A stretch of DNA of 24,000 bases from an uncultured Desulfarculus sp. (GTDB lineage: Bacteria; Desulfobacterota; Desulfarculia; Desulfarculales; Desulfarculaceae), in contig CAXXUK010000002.1 of NCBI GenBank assembly GCA_963665125.2, positions 496,245 through 520,244 of the forward strand, read 5' to 3'. Below, piece by piece: positions 7,618 to 16,264 of the stretch (within the stretch, counting starts at the first letter, position 1; each line of letters opens with the position of its first letter). A program made the position numbers and the translations under genes. The notes under the pieces were generated by a model. It had not been told where the DNA came from. It saw nothing but the letters and a program-made list of their open reading frames with translations, and searched no databases.

Positions 7618-8673
7618 GTGGTTGAAGACAAATTCAAGCAAAGTTTCGTTGTCGGCCGGGTGGAGACGCCCGCCGGGGATGTCCCCCGGGTGGCCACTGC
7701 TTGGACCGCCAAAGACCGTATAGGCGGTTTGGGCGTGCGGGTGGGCATCCGGCGGATGAACTACGCGGTTACGCCGGGGCTGTATTGCGTTGGTCAGCCG
7801 GACAAAGGCTCGCCCGTGCTGGTCTCGGCCAACTACAAGCTCAGCTTTGATCACCTGCGCCGGGAACTGGGCGGCATCAGCGCCTGGATTCTGGTGCTGG
7901 ATACCAACGGCATCAATGTTTGGTGCGCCGCCGGAAAGCGTACCTTCGGCACCGACACCCTGGTGGCGGCCATCAGGGCCGGCAACCTGGACCGGGTCGT
8001 GGAGCACCGCGCGTTGATAGTGCCCCAGCTCGGTGCGCCGGGCGTGGCGGCCCATCTGGTCAAGCGGGCCACGGGTTTTACGGTCAAGTACGGCCCCATC
8101 CGGGCGGCGGACCTGCCCTGGTATCTGTCCAACGGCCAAAAGGCCACGATTGATATGCGCCGCAAGGACTTTGGCCTGGCCGAGCGCCTTGTCCTGGCGC
8201 CCATGGAGTTTGTCCCGGCCATGAAGCTGATGCTGCCCGTGGGCCTGTTGCTGGCGTTGCTTCTGGCGGCCGTTGCGCCCGGCGGGTTCTGGGCCGCCCT
8301 GTCCGCAACGGCCTGGCGTCCGATCCTTATTTTGCTGCTGGGTGTCACGGCGGCGACGGTGCTGGGCCCGGCCCTATTGACCTGGCTGCCGGGGCGGATG
8401 TTCGCGTCCAAGGGCGCTGCTCTGGGCCTGTTGGCGTCCGTTGTCTGCGCCGCGCTCCTATTGCCGGACGCTTCGTGGGCCTTTATGGCGGGCGGCATAT
8501 TGATGTCCACCGCCGCGGCTTCGTTTGCCCTGATGAATTTCACCGGCGCGTCGACATATACCTCGCTGTCAGGGGTGAAGCGGGAGATGCGTATATGCGT
8601 GCCCATGCAGGCCGTCGCCGCCCTTGCCGGAGTCGCTTTGCTCGTAACGGCCTTGCTGGTGGCCGGGAGATGA
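7618..8673 (+). CDS. hgcA: HgcA, corrinoid protein of the mercury-methylation system (N-terminal cobalamin-binding domain + C-terminal multi-TM domain), 351 aa from GTG
   Basis: The diagnostic cap-helix motif GINVWCAAGKRTFGT is present (NVWCAAGK = 7915-7938, Cys codon 7924-7926). The preceding block is PVLVSANYKLSFDHLRRELGGISAWILVLDT. The C-terminal half is very hydrophobic (about 5 TM). hgcB follows directly. The start is uncertain: GTG 7618 has no SD (see finding on the upstream in-frame ORF). Confidence 0.9.
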   Translation: MVEDKFKQSFVVGRVETPAGDVPRVATAWTAKDRIGGLGVRVGIRRMNYAVTPGLYCVGQPDKGSPVLVSANYKLSFDHLRRELGGISAWILVLDTNGINVWCAAGKRTFGTDTLVAAIRAGNLDRVVEHRALIVPQLGAPGVAAHLVKRATGFTVKYGPIRAADLPWYLSNGQKATIDMRRKDFGLAERLVLAPMEFVPAMKLMLPVGLLLALLLAAVAPGGFWAALSATAWRPILILLLGVTAATVLGPALLTWLPGRMFASKGAALGLLASVVCAALLLPDASWAFMAGGILMSTAAASFALMNFTGASTYTSLSGVKREMRICVPMQAVAALAGVALLVTALLVAGR

Positions 8674-8678
8674 GATCC

Positions 8679-8948
8679 ATGAAAATGACATATCTGAAGG
8701 CTGTTACCACCCTTGAGCTTTTCCCGGTAAAGTGCGTGGGCTGCGGCATGTGCCTGGAGGTCTGCCCCCACGAGGTATTCATCCTGGATGACGGCAAGGC
8801 GGCGATATACGAAAAGGACGCCTGCATGGAATGCGGGGCCTGCGCCATGAACTGCCCGGCCGGGGCCATTGACGTTGACGCCGGGGTGGGCTGCGCTGCG
8901 GCCATCATCGCCACGGCCCTGCGCGGCGACAAGGCCGTCTGCTGCTGA
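8679..8948 (+). CDS. hgcB: HgcB, 2x[4Fe-4S] ferredoxin partner of HgcA (89 aa)
   Basis: The start reads MKMTYLKAVTTLELFPVK.... There are two CX2CX2CX3CP clusters (CVGCGMCLEVCP, CMECGACAMNCP), a conserved internal GVGCAA, and a C-terminal vicinal Cys pair (...KAVCC*). GGGAGA lies 8 nt upstream of ATG 8679. Alternative in-frame ATGs at 8670 and 8685 are possible. Confidence 0.88.
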   Translation: MKMTYLKAVTTLELFPVKCVGCGMCLEVCPHEVFILDDGKAAIYEKDACMECGACAMNCPAGAIDVDAGVGCAAAIIATALRGDKAVCC

Positions 8949-9013
8949 TTGTCGATTTTTATTTACACTAAACAAATGTTGTCATATGATCCCCTGAAAA
9001 AGTGGAGGGGATT

Positions 9014-9499
9014 ATGATGGTCAAGTATGAAGGCGTGGCCGTGTTCGTGGCCGACATGGATGCGTCCAGGCAGTTTTATGAAAAAGTGCTGGGCCAAAAG
9101 GTGTTGATGGACAACGGACCCCATGTGGCCTATGAGGGCGGTTTTTCGCTGTGGGAGGCCAAACACGCCGCCGAGGTGGTTTTCGGCCGGGCTCCGGCTG
9201 GGGGCGGCCCCCAAGGCCGGGACAACTTTGAACTATACTTTGAATGCCAAGACATTGACCTGGCGTGCCGGGCGGTGGAACGAGCCGGTGCGCCCCAGGT
9301 CCACCCCGTGGTGGAGCAGCCCTGGGGTCAGCGGGTGGCCCGCTTCCGGGATCCGGATGGCCATATGATTGAGCTGGCCGAGCCTCTGCCCCTGGTGGTG
9401 CGGCGGTTCCTGGACCAGGGCATGAGCCTGGAGCAGGTGGCGGAAAAGACCTCAATGCCCCTGGATTTGGTGCGGCAGATGGCGGCGGCGGAGGGGTAG
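9014..9499 (+). CDS. VOC-family (glyoxalase / bleomycin-resistance / dioxygenase fold) protein, about 161 aa
   Basis: ORF 9002-9499. ATG 9014 follows GGAGGGG. The pattern is typical of VOC proteins: VAVFVADMDASRQFYEKVLG...FELYFECQDID...WGQRVARFRDPDGHMIEL. Confidence 0.75.
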   Translation: MMVKYEGVAVFVADMDASRQFYEKVLGQKVLMDNGPHVAYEGGFSLWEAKHAAEVVFGRAPAGGGPQGRDNFELYFECQDIDLACRAVERAGAPQVHPVVEQPWGQRVARFRDPDGHMIELAEPLPLVVRRFLDQGMSLEQVAEKTSMPLDLVRQMAAAEG

Positions 9500-9508
9500 G
9501 TCGCCTTT

Positions 9509-9546
9509 GGTTTGCCCGGCGCCCAAGTCCTCGGTCCGGGCAAACC
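9509..9546 (+). terminator. 11-bp perfect stem-loop after the VOC gene (terminator-like, no U-tract)
   Basis: GGTTTGCCCGG (9509-9519) pairs with CCGGGCAAACC (9536-9546) around a 16-nt loop. It starts 10 nt after the stop. Confidence 0.45.
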
Positions 9547-9730
9547 CCGTGGCATATTCCGGTAGACCTTCTATGTATTACGGCGCGGGCGTCCAGACCC
9601 TGGGCCTATTTTTCTTGCCACGACTGGTCGATGCTGGTAAATGGGTGGCTGCGGCTGGGTATTGCCTTTGGGGACAACTGGGCCGCATTATTGAAAATAT
9701 GTGTGTTGTTAATTATTTCGGTAGGCACCC

Positions 9731-12076
9731 ATGAGTAAAACCAACGCCGCCAAGGTCGCCGGGGAACTGGGCCTGGCCCTGCAACAGGTTGAAGCGACCT
9801 CCGCCCTGCTGGATGAAGGCGCGACCGTACCCTTCATCGCCCGTTACCGCAAGGAACGCACCGGCTCGCTGGACGAAGAACAGATCCGCGCCGTACGGGA
9901 CAGACTGTCCCAGCTGGCCGAACTGGACAGCCGCCGGGCGGCGATTATCAAGAGCCTCACGGAACGTGAGTTGCTGACCCCGGAGTTGGAACAGAAAGTC
10001 AACGCCGCCGAGACCATGGCCGTGCTGGAGGACGTTTATCTGCCTTTCCGGCCCAAGCGCCGCACCAGGGCCACCATTGCCAAGGAGCGGGGCCTGGAGC
10101 CCCTGGCCCTGATGATCCTGGCCCAGGATGACGGCACTGACCCCCTGGCCCAGGCCGCGGCGTTCGTGGACGCCGAAAAAGAGGTGCCCGAAGTGGAGGC
10201 CGCCCTGGCCGGAGCACGGGATATCATCGCCGAGATAATCAACGAGGACCAGGACGCCCGCGCTTCCATGCGCGATCTGTACGAGGTCAAGGGCGTTATC
10301 CAGTCCAAGGTGATGACCGGCAAGGAAGAGGCCGGCCAGAAGTTCCGGGACTATTTCGAATGGTCCGAGCCCTTGGCCCAGGCCCCCAGCCACCGGGTGT
10401 TGGCCGTGCGCCGGGGCGAAAAGGAAGAGATGCTCAGCCTGCGCATCTCCCCGCCCGAGGAAGACGCCATGGCCCTTTTGAGCGGCCGCTTTGTCACCGG
10501 CCAGGGACCGTGCTCCGAGCAGGTGAGCCTGGCCGTGAGCGACAGCTACAAGCGGCTTTTGGGCCCCAGCATGGAGACCGAGGTGCGTCTGAGCTCCAAG
10601 AAGCGGGCCGACGAGGAGGCCATCAAGGTGTTCGCCGAAAACGTGCGCACCCTGATGATGTCGCCGCCCCTGGGCCAAAAGGCCGTGCTGGCCATCGACC
10701 CGGGCTTCCGCACCGGCTGCAAGGTCGTCTGCCTTGACCAGCAGGGCAATATCCTGGCCAACGATGTTATCAATATCATGACCGACAAGCAACGGGCCGA
10801 TGCTCTGGACAAGGTGCAAAAGCTCATCGCGGAGCACGGCATCGAGGCCATCGCCATCGGCAACGGCACGGCCAGCCGGGAAACCGAGAGCCTTTTCCGG
10901 GGCGTTGATCTGCCCGGAGGCATCCCGGTGGTGCTGGTCAATGAATCGGGGGCCAGCGTGTATTCGGCCTCCAAGCTGGCCCGTCAGGAATTCCCCGACC
11001 TGGATGTCAGCGTGCGCGGGGCCATATCCATCGGCCGCCGGTTGATGGACCCCCTGGCCGAACTGGTCAAGATCGACCCCAAGAGCATCGGCGTGGGCCA
11101 GTACCAGCACGATGTGGATCAAAAGTCACTCAAGGAAGGCCTGGAGGACGTGGTAATAAGCTGCGTCAACGCCGTGGGCGTGGAACTCAACACGGCCAGC
11201 GCCCAACTGCTGAGCTATGTCTCGGGCCTGGGGCCGTCATTGGCCCAGGGCATTGTTGAACACCGGGCTCAAAACGGGCCCTTCGCCTCGCGTCAGGCCA
11301 TCCTGGACGTGCCCCGCCTGGGGCCCAAGGCCTTTGAACAGGCAGCGGGTTTTCTGCGGGTCAGAGACAGTGAAAACCCTCTGGACTCCAGCGCGGTGCA
11401 CCCCGAGTCCTATCCCATTGTCGAGGCCATGGCCGGGGATTTGGACTGCACGGTGGCGGACCTGATCAAACAGGCCGAGCTGCGCCGCAAAATCGAACTG
11501 GGCCGCTACGCCAACGATGAGGTGGGCCTGCCGACCCTCCAGGACATCATTGCCGAGTTGGAAAAGCCGGGCCGCGACCCCAGGGAGGGCTTCGAGGCCT
11601 TTGCCTTTGCCGAAGGCGTGGAAAAACTCGAAGACCTCGAGCCGGGCATGAAGCTGCCGGGCATCGTCACCAACGTCACCAATTTCGGCGCGTTCGTGGA
11701 CGTTGGCGTGCATCAGGACGGCCTGGTGCACATCAGCGAACTGAGCGACGATTTCATCAGCGACCCCCGCCAGGCGGTGAAGGTGCAGCAGCAGGTCATC
11801 GTCACTGTGATGGAGGTGGATGTGGAGCGCAGGCGCATCTCGTTGTCAATGCGTCCGGCGCCTGGAGCGCCCCGCCGCCGGCCCGGCTCCAAACCCCAGG
11901 ACCATGCCGGGGGTGACCGCAGGCCGCCGCGGAGCGACAGGAAAACCAAGGGCAAGGGAAAGGGCAGGCCCAAGGCCGCCCAACCCGAGGCATCGCAGAA
12001 GGACAAGGACAAGAAACAGGATAAACCCTTCAACAACCCCTTTGCCGCCGCCCTGGGCGATCTTAAGCTCGACTAA
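9731..12076 (+). CDS. tex: Tex / YhgF transcription accessory protein (Tex N-terminal, YqgF-like, HhH and S1 RNA-binding domains), 781 aa
   Basis: The N-terminus (...EGATVPFIARYRKERTGSLDEEQIR) is characteristic of Tex. There is a YqgF/RNase H-like block (VLAIDPGFRTGCKVVCLD) and an S1 domain (GIVTNVTNFGAFVDVGVHQDGLVHISELSD...RRISLSMR). A basic tail ends ...NPFAAALGDLKLD. Confidence 0.92.
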   Translation: MSKTNAAKVAGELGLALQQVEATSALLDEGATVPFIARYRKERTGSLDEEQIRAVRDRLSQLAELDSRRAAIIKSLTERELLTPELEQKVNAAETMAVLEDVYLPFRPKRRTRATIAKERGLEPLALMILAQDDGTDPLAQAAAFVDAEKEVPEVEAALAGARDIIAEIINEDQDARASMRDLYEVKGVIQSKVMTGKEEAGQKFRDYFEWSEPLAQAPSHRVLAVRRGEKEEMLSLRISPPEEDAMALLSGRFVTGQGPCSEQVSLAVSDSYKRLLGPSMETEVRLSSKKRADEEAIKVFAENVRTLMMSPPLGQKAVLAIDPGFRTGCKVVCLDQQGNILANDVINIMTDKQRADALDKVQKLIAEHGIEAIAIGNGTASRETESLFRGVDLPGGIPVVLVNESGASVYSASKLARQEFPDLDVSVRGAISIGRRLMDPLAELVKIDPKSIGVGQYQHDVDQKSLKEGLEDVVISCVNAVGVELNTASAQLLSYVSGLGPSLAQGIVEHRAQNGPFASRQAILDVPRLGPKAFEQAAGFLRVRDSENPLDSSAVHPESYPIVEAMAGDLDCTVADLIKQAELRRKIELGRYANDEVGLPTLQDIIAELEKPGRDPREGFEAFAFAEGVEKLEDLEPGMKLPGIVTNVTNFGAFVDVGVHQDGLVHISELSDDFISDPRQAVKVQQQVIVTVMEVDVERRRISLSMRPAPGAPRRRPGSKPQDHAGGDRRPPRSDRKTKGKGKGRPKAAQPEASQKDKDKKQDKPFNNPFAAALGDLKLD

Positions 12077-12083
12077 TATGCGC

Positions 12084-12110
12084 GGGACCGGCCAGGCGCT
12101 GGCCGGTCCC
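12084..12110 (+). terminator. 12-bp perfect GC-rich stem-loop after tex (terminator-like, no U-tract)
   Basis: GGGACCGGCCAG (12084-12095) is followed by loop GCG and then CTGGCCGGTCCC (12099-12110). It starts 8 nt after the tex stop. Confidence 0.5.
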
Positions 12111-12367
12111 GTAGAACTACGGCCAATCGCTGCCAAAGTCGCGGCAAAAAAACACACAGTGTTCAAAAAAACGGTAGCCTTTGCCTCCCCCCTTTTTGTT
12201 AACATGGTCCAGCCAAAAAACGCACCGCGCTACTGTCGGCCAGTGGCAGTGTTTTTTCGGAGGCGGCCATTCGATCCGCAGCCGGGAGGATAGTGTTTGG
12301 CCCGGCGGCGTATTTGTTATTTTCGGCGGTAATCAACAGCAACCGATGTAGTGGGAGGTTTTTGGAT

Positions 12368-14113
12368 ATGTCGGACAAACCGTGGCACAAATCATCAAGG
12401 TGGCCCGAAGGAGTTCCCTTTGAGTTCGAGGGCAATTACAAACGGCCCGTTTTTTCACTTTTAGATGACGCGGCCAAAAACTATCCCGATGCCGTGTACA
12501 CCATTTTCCAGGGTGGCATGCGCACCTACAAGCAGGTCAAGGAATCGGCCGACAAGATCGCCAACTTCCTGGCGGCCAAGGGCATCAAGCACGAAGACCG
12601 CGTGGCCATGTTCCTGCCCAACATTCCGCATTATCCCGAAGCCTTTTTCGGCGCTTCAAAAGCGGGCGCGGCGTGCGTTACCTGCAACCCGCTCTACACC
12701 ATCGAAGAGCTCAATTTCCAACTCAAGGACTCCGACGCCAAGGCGGTTTTCTGCATGGATCACCCGGAGTTCTACAAGACAACCTGCGAGGCCATCAAGG
12801 GCACCAACGTCGAGACGGTCATCGTCTGCAACGTCAAGACCCACCTGCCTAAAATAAAGGCTATTCTGGGCGGTCTGCTGGGCAAACTCCCCAAGGCCGA
12901 CAATGTCGACCCCAAGCACGTCAGGTACGAAGACATCATGGCCCAGTACCCGGCCCAGGCGCCGAAAGTGGACATTGATGTCGAAAACGACCTTGCCGTT
13001 ATCCTTTACACCGGCGGCACCACCGGCGTGCCCAAGGGCGCCGAACTCAAGCACACCAACTTCGTCTACAACGTAATGGCTCTGGACCAGTGGATCCGCC
13101 TGCCCAACCGGCCCGGCGAAAAACCGGCCAAAATGGAGCGGGGCGGCGTACACACCTATTTGGGCGTCTTGCCCTGGTACCACAGCTTCGGCATCACCAC
13201 CTGCATGATCGGTTCGGTGTATAGCGCCAACCGCCTGGTTTGCATTCCTGATCCCAAGGCCGGCGATCCGCCTTTCACCGAGGTTCTCAAGTCCTGCGAA
13301 AAGTACGGCGTGACCATCACCGTGGCCGTGCCCACGATTTACACGGCCTTTGTCAACCATCCCAAGATCAATGACTTCGATCTTTCCAAGTTTATCGCCT
13401 GTTGTTCCGGCGCGGCTCCCCTGCCGGCCGAAGTGGTGCGCCAGTTTGAAAAGATCTCCGGTTCGGTGATCTTCGAGGGCTACGGCCTGACTGAGACAAC
13501 GCCGGTGTTGACCACCAACCCGACCTTTGCCGACAAGCGCAAGATCGGTTCGGTGGGCATGCCCCTGCCGGGCACCGACATCAAGATCGTGGACCTGGAC
13601 ACCGGCCTCAAGGAACTGCCCAATGGCGAAGACGGCGAGATTTCCGGCTGCGGTCCCCAGATAATGCGCGGCTACTGGAAACGTCCCGACGCCAATGACG
13701 AGGTGTTCAGGGAGATTGAAGGCAACCGTTACTTCCTCACCGGCGACATCGGCCATATTGATGAAGACGGCTTCATCGTCATCACCGACCGCAAAAAGGA
13801 CCTGATCCTGGTGGGCGGCTTCAACGCCTATCCCAAGGAGATCGAGGAAGTCCTGTACCTGCATCCCAAGGTGGCCCAGGCCGCCGTGGTGGGCGTGCCC
13901 GATCCGCGTAGCGGCGAGGCGGTCAAGGCCTTCGTGCAGCTCAAGGAAGGCGTCGAGGCCACGGAACAGGAGCTCAAGGACTTCTGCGCCGAGCACCTGG
14001 CCGGTTACAAGAGGCCCAGGGAGATCGAGTTCCGCGATGAACTGCCCACATCGGTGGTCGGCAAGATACTGCGCCGCGTGCTGCGCGACGAGGAGATCGA
14101 CAAGCGCAAATAA
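12368..14113 (+). CDS. Long-chain fatty-acid--CoA ligase (AMP-dependent synthetase/ligase, FadD-like), 581 aa
   Basis: ORF 12293-14113. I prefer ATG 12368 because it has GGGAGG 9 nt upstream (MSDKPWHKSS...). The AMP-binding signature is ILYTGGTTGVPKGA. Further blocks are EGYGLTETTP, TGDIGHIDEDGFIVITDRKKDLI and the C-terminal ...GKILRR. Confidence 0.9.
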   Translation: MSDKPWHKSSRWPEGVPFEFEGNYKRPVFSLLDDAAKNYPDAVYTIFQGGMRTYKQVKESADKIANFLAAKGIKHEDRVAMFLPNIPHYPEAFFGASKAGAACVTCNPLYTIEELNFQLKDSDAKAVFCMDHPEFYKTTCEAIKGTNVETVIVCNVKTHLPKIKAILGGLLGKLPKADNVDPKHVRYEDIMAQYPAQAPKVDIDVENDLAVILYTGGTTGVPKGAELKHTNFVYNVMALDQWIRLPNRPGEKPAKMERGGVHTYLGVLPWYHSFGITTCMIGSVYSANRLVCIPDPKAGDPPFTEVLKSCEKYGVTITVAVPTIYTAFVNHPKINDFDLSKFIACCSGAAPLPAEVVRQFEKISGSVIFEGYGLTETTPVLTTNPTFADKRKIGSVGMPLPGTDIKIVDLDTGLKELPNGEDGEISGCGPQIMRGYWKRPDANDEVFREIEGNRYFLTGDIGHIDEDGFIVITDRKKDLILVGGFNAYPKEIEEVLYLHPKVAQAAVVGVPDPRSGEAVKAFVQLKEGVEATEQELKDFCAEHLAGYKRPREIEFRDELPTSVVGKILRRVLRDEEIDKRK

Positions 14114-14135
14114 GCGCCGGATAGCCTGAAATGAC

Positions 14136-14168
14136 GCGGCGGGTTCCCTCGGGGGCCCGCCGTTTTTT
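14136..14168. terminator. Hairpin plus T-tract between the convergent acyl-CoA ligase and GGDEF genes (likely rho-independent terminator for the + strand gene)
   Basis: GCGGCGGG (14136-14143) pairs via CCCGCCG (14156-14162) with an inner CCC/GGG pairing, followed by TTTTTT (14163-14168). The T-tract overlaps the stop codon of the minus-strand gene. Confidence 0.6.
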
Positions 14169-15540
14169 ATGAGAGTCGGCCGGGAGCTGGTTCGGTCCTG
14201 TTGCGGCCTTTGTTCTTGGCCAGATAGAGCATTTCGTCGGCCCGTTTGAGCAGGTATTCCGCGGTTTCGGTGCGGCGGGTCATCTGGGCCGCGCCGATGC
14301 TGACGGTGATCCTGGCCCGGGAGGCCTGCCCGGACAGGCGCAACGCGGCCACCGCCGTGCGGATGCGTTCGGCCAGGACCAGGGCCTGGTCCAGACCCGT
14401 TTCCGGCAGGATCACCCCGAACTCCTCGCCGCCCAGACGTCCGGCCAAGTCTTCCGCCCGGACAACTTGGCGAAGGGTTTGGGAAAAGGACTTGAGAGCC
14501 TTGTCGCCCGTGGGGTGGCCGAACTCGTCGTTGATCGATTTGAAATGGTCCAGATCGATCATCAGCAGGGACAGGGGATTGCCGTGCCGGGCGCTGCGCT
14601 TGCATTCGGCCTGGAGCAGTTCCAGGAAATAGCGCCGGTTGTGCAGGCCGGTCAGGCTGTCGGTCAGGGCCATTGCCTGAAGCTTTTGGGCCGTTTCGGT
14701 CAGCTCCGCCGTGCGCTCCAAGACCCGCTGCTCCATCTCGTCAAAGGCCTTTTTCAGGCCCATCTCGGCAACGTCCCGGGCCCGGCTGCGCTTGTACAAT
14801 TCCCGGCGGGCCACCAACAGGGCTACCAGACCCGCCAGCCAGACCAAGCCGAACTGGGCCAGGGATCGGTTTATTTCCTGTTGCTTGTTGGCGAGCTTTT
14901 TGTCCAGAGGCATGCTGATGCTCAGGCCTCCGATAAGATCGCCGACCTTGTAGCCTATTGAGCCGTGGCACTTCAGGCAATACTCTTTGGCATACAGCGG
15001 CACCATGGAGCGGAGCGTGATTTTGCCGTCCCTGATTTCCCGGCCGGTGACCTTGTCCATTGGTTGCGCCTGCATTTTTTGCAGGGCGGCGCGTTCCCAT
15101 TGGTCCGGCGCCGACGCGGGCCTGAAAGGTTTCATGCTTGTGGCGTGGACGTAAATACGCTCCGGGTTGTTGTCTTTATTCGCTTCGGCCAGCAGGCGCA
15201 TGGCGTAGGCGCCGTTGACCAAGACCAGGCGTTTGCCCTTTGTGGTGGTGACCGCAGATTCAGTCACATGGCTCAAATAGGGATTTTCCGGAACCTTGTC
15301 GCTTTCGGCGACGTAGATCCCGCCATTTTCCAATATCCACCGGCGCAGGGTGTAGTCGCGCGCCAGGAACGCGCTGATCTCGGCCTCGTTGCGTTGGTCG
15401 AACCGTTGGTTGGTGCGCCAGATCGCCTCGCCTGCCAGACCGCAGGACAACAGCGACCAGCCCATGATCAGGACCAATATGACCAACTGCTCGGTGCGCG
15501 GCTTGCCGGTTTGACTTTTATTGTTGCCGGATGCGAGCAT
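14167..15540 (-). CDS. Diguanylate cyclase with periplasmic c-type-heme sensor domain (DUF3365/Tll0287-like) - TM - coiled coil - GGDEF, about 457 aa
   Basis: There is an N-terminal TM (LVILVLIMGWSLLSCGLAG). The sensor domain ends in a CxxCH heme motif, EYCLKCHG (14965-14979). A second TM is FGLVWLAGLVALLVA. The GGDEF domain has an RLGGEEFGVIL active site and an RAED I-site 5 residues upstream. ATG 15540 is preferred over TTG 15576, but the start is uncertain. Confidence 0.85.
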   Translation of the reverse strand: MLASGNNKSQTGKPRTEQLVILVLIMGWSLLSCGLAGEAIWRTNQRFDQRNEAEISAFLARDYTLRRWILENGGIYVAESDKVPENPYLSHVTESAVTTTKGKRLVLVNGAYAMRLLAEANKDNNPERIYVHATSMKPFRPASAPDQWERAALQKMQAQPMDKVTGREIRDGKITLRSMVPLYAKEYCLKCHGSIGYKVGDLIGGLSISMPLDKKLANKQQEINRSLAQFGLVWLAGLVALLVARRELYKRSRARDVAEMGLKKAFDEMEQRVLERTAELTETAQKLQAMALTDSLTGLHNRRYFLELLQAECKRSARHGNPLSLLMIDLDHFKSINDEFGHPTGDKALKSFSQTLRQVVRAEDLAGRLGGEEFGVILPETGLDQALVLAERIRTAVAALRLSGQASRARITVSIGAAQMTRRTETAEYLLKRADEMLYLAKNKGRNRTEPAPGRLS

Positions 15541-15678
15541 TGTGTATTGATTCCAAACGTCGCCGGGGAAAAGCAACCCAAATTCAAAGTCCGAACATTA
15601 TATGCCCAAATGAAGATGGAATTAAGAACATTCTGATATGAAACGCTATAGGTGGGAATCTTGACGTAAATTTGCCGG

Positions 15679-16245
15679 TTACACTTCAATGGCGGCTAGG
15701 ACGAACGTCAACAATTCACGCATGTCCTCTTCATCACCAGCGATGGATCCGCTACGAAAATACGTAACTGCTTGGAACAGTTTGAAAACGAAATAGGCGG
15801 CGGTGCGCACCTTCATTGTACGGAATTTACCCGTTTGCATGCCCTCTTCCAAGACTTCGCCCAGTAAGTCCAAAATGCCTTCTTCCACCTGCAAACGGAA
15901 GGGTTCGGCCAGAAACGGCAGGTATAGGTTATCTTCGTCGCGCAATATCTTGACCATGAACGGTTCCCGGCTGAAGTAGCCCACCGCCGCCGGGACTATG
16001 GCCTTGAGCCTCTCCACCGGATCCTGGACATGCCCGACCTGTTCCAGTATGGACTTGCGGGCCTTGAAAGCCTCGTCGATGAATACGGCGACGAACAGTT
16101 CTTCCTTGCTGCGGAAAAACTCGTACAAGGTCTTTTTACTGATGGCCGCGGCCTTGGCCACTTCGTCCATGGTTGTCTTTTTGACACCGAAACGGTCAAA
16201 AAGAGATCTCGCCGCTTCAAGTACTTTATTCTGCCGTTGGTCCAT
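15679..16245 (-). CDS. TetR/AcrR-family transcriptional regulator, 188 aa
   Basis: ORF 15679-16440, but the HTH begins right after ATG 16245 (MDQRQNKVLEAARSLFDRFGVKKTTMDEVAKAAAISKKTLYEFFRSKEELF). The upstream extension is P/A-rich junk. Confidence 0.85.
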   Translation of the reverse strand: MDQRQNKVLEAARSLFDRFGVKKTTMDEVAKAAAISKKTLYEFFRSKEELFVAVFIDEAFKARKSILEQVGHVQDPVERLKAIVPAAVGYFSREPFMVKILRDEDNLYLPFLAEPFRLQVEEGILDLLGEVLEEGMQTGKFRTMKVRTAAYFVFKLFQAVTYFRSGSIAGDEEDMRELLTFVLAAIEV

Positions 16246-16264
16246 GGCCGGCCAGTCCCCTTGC

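Noticed and set aside
7851-8975. 374-aa minus-strand ORF, plus the 8475-8678 upstream part of the hgcB-frame ORF
   Set aside because: The 374-aa ORF is antisense to hgcA/hgcB. The long version of the hgcB ORF merely reads through the hgcA 3' end in another frame, and the ferredoxin fold starts at MKMTYLK (8679).
9713-11122. 469-aa minus-strand ORF antisense to tex
   Set aside because: The same shadow-ORF pattern applies. tex on the plus strand has unambiguous conserved blocks, and the antisense product is G/A/L/H-rich with no motifs.
11860-12076. Basic K/R/P-rich low-complexity C-terminal tail of Tex
   Set aside because: Tex/YhgF proteins commonly end in such a basic tail followed by a short conserved ...A(A/L)..LG..K motif. 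It is not an anomaly or a fusion.
12656-14605. 649-aa minus-strand ORF spanning the acyl-CoA ligase gene and the 3' end of the GGDEF gene
   Set aside because: It is antisense to one well-supported gene and runs out of frame through another. Its composition is P/R/G-rich, and it crosses a terminator hairpin.
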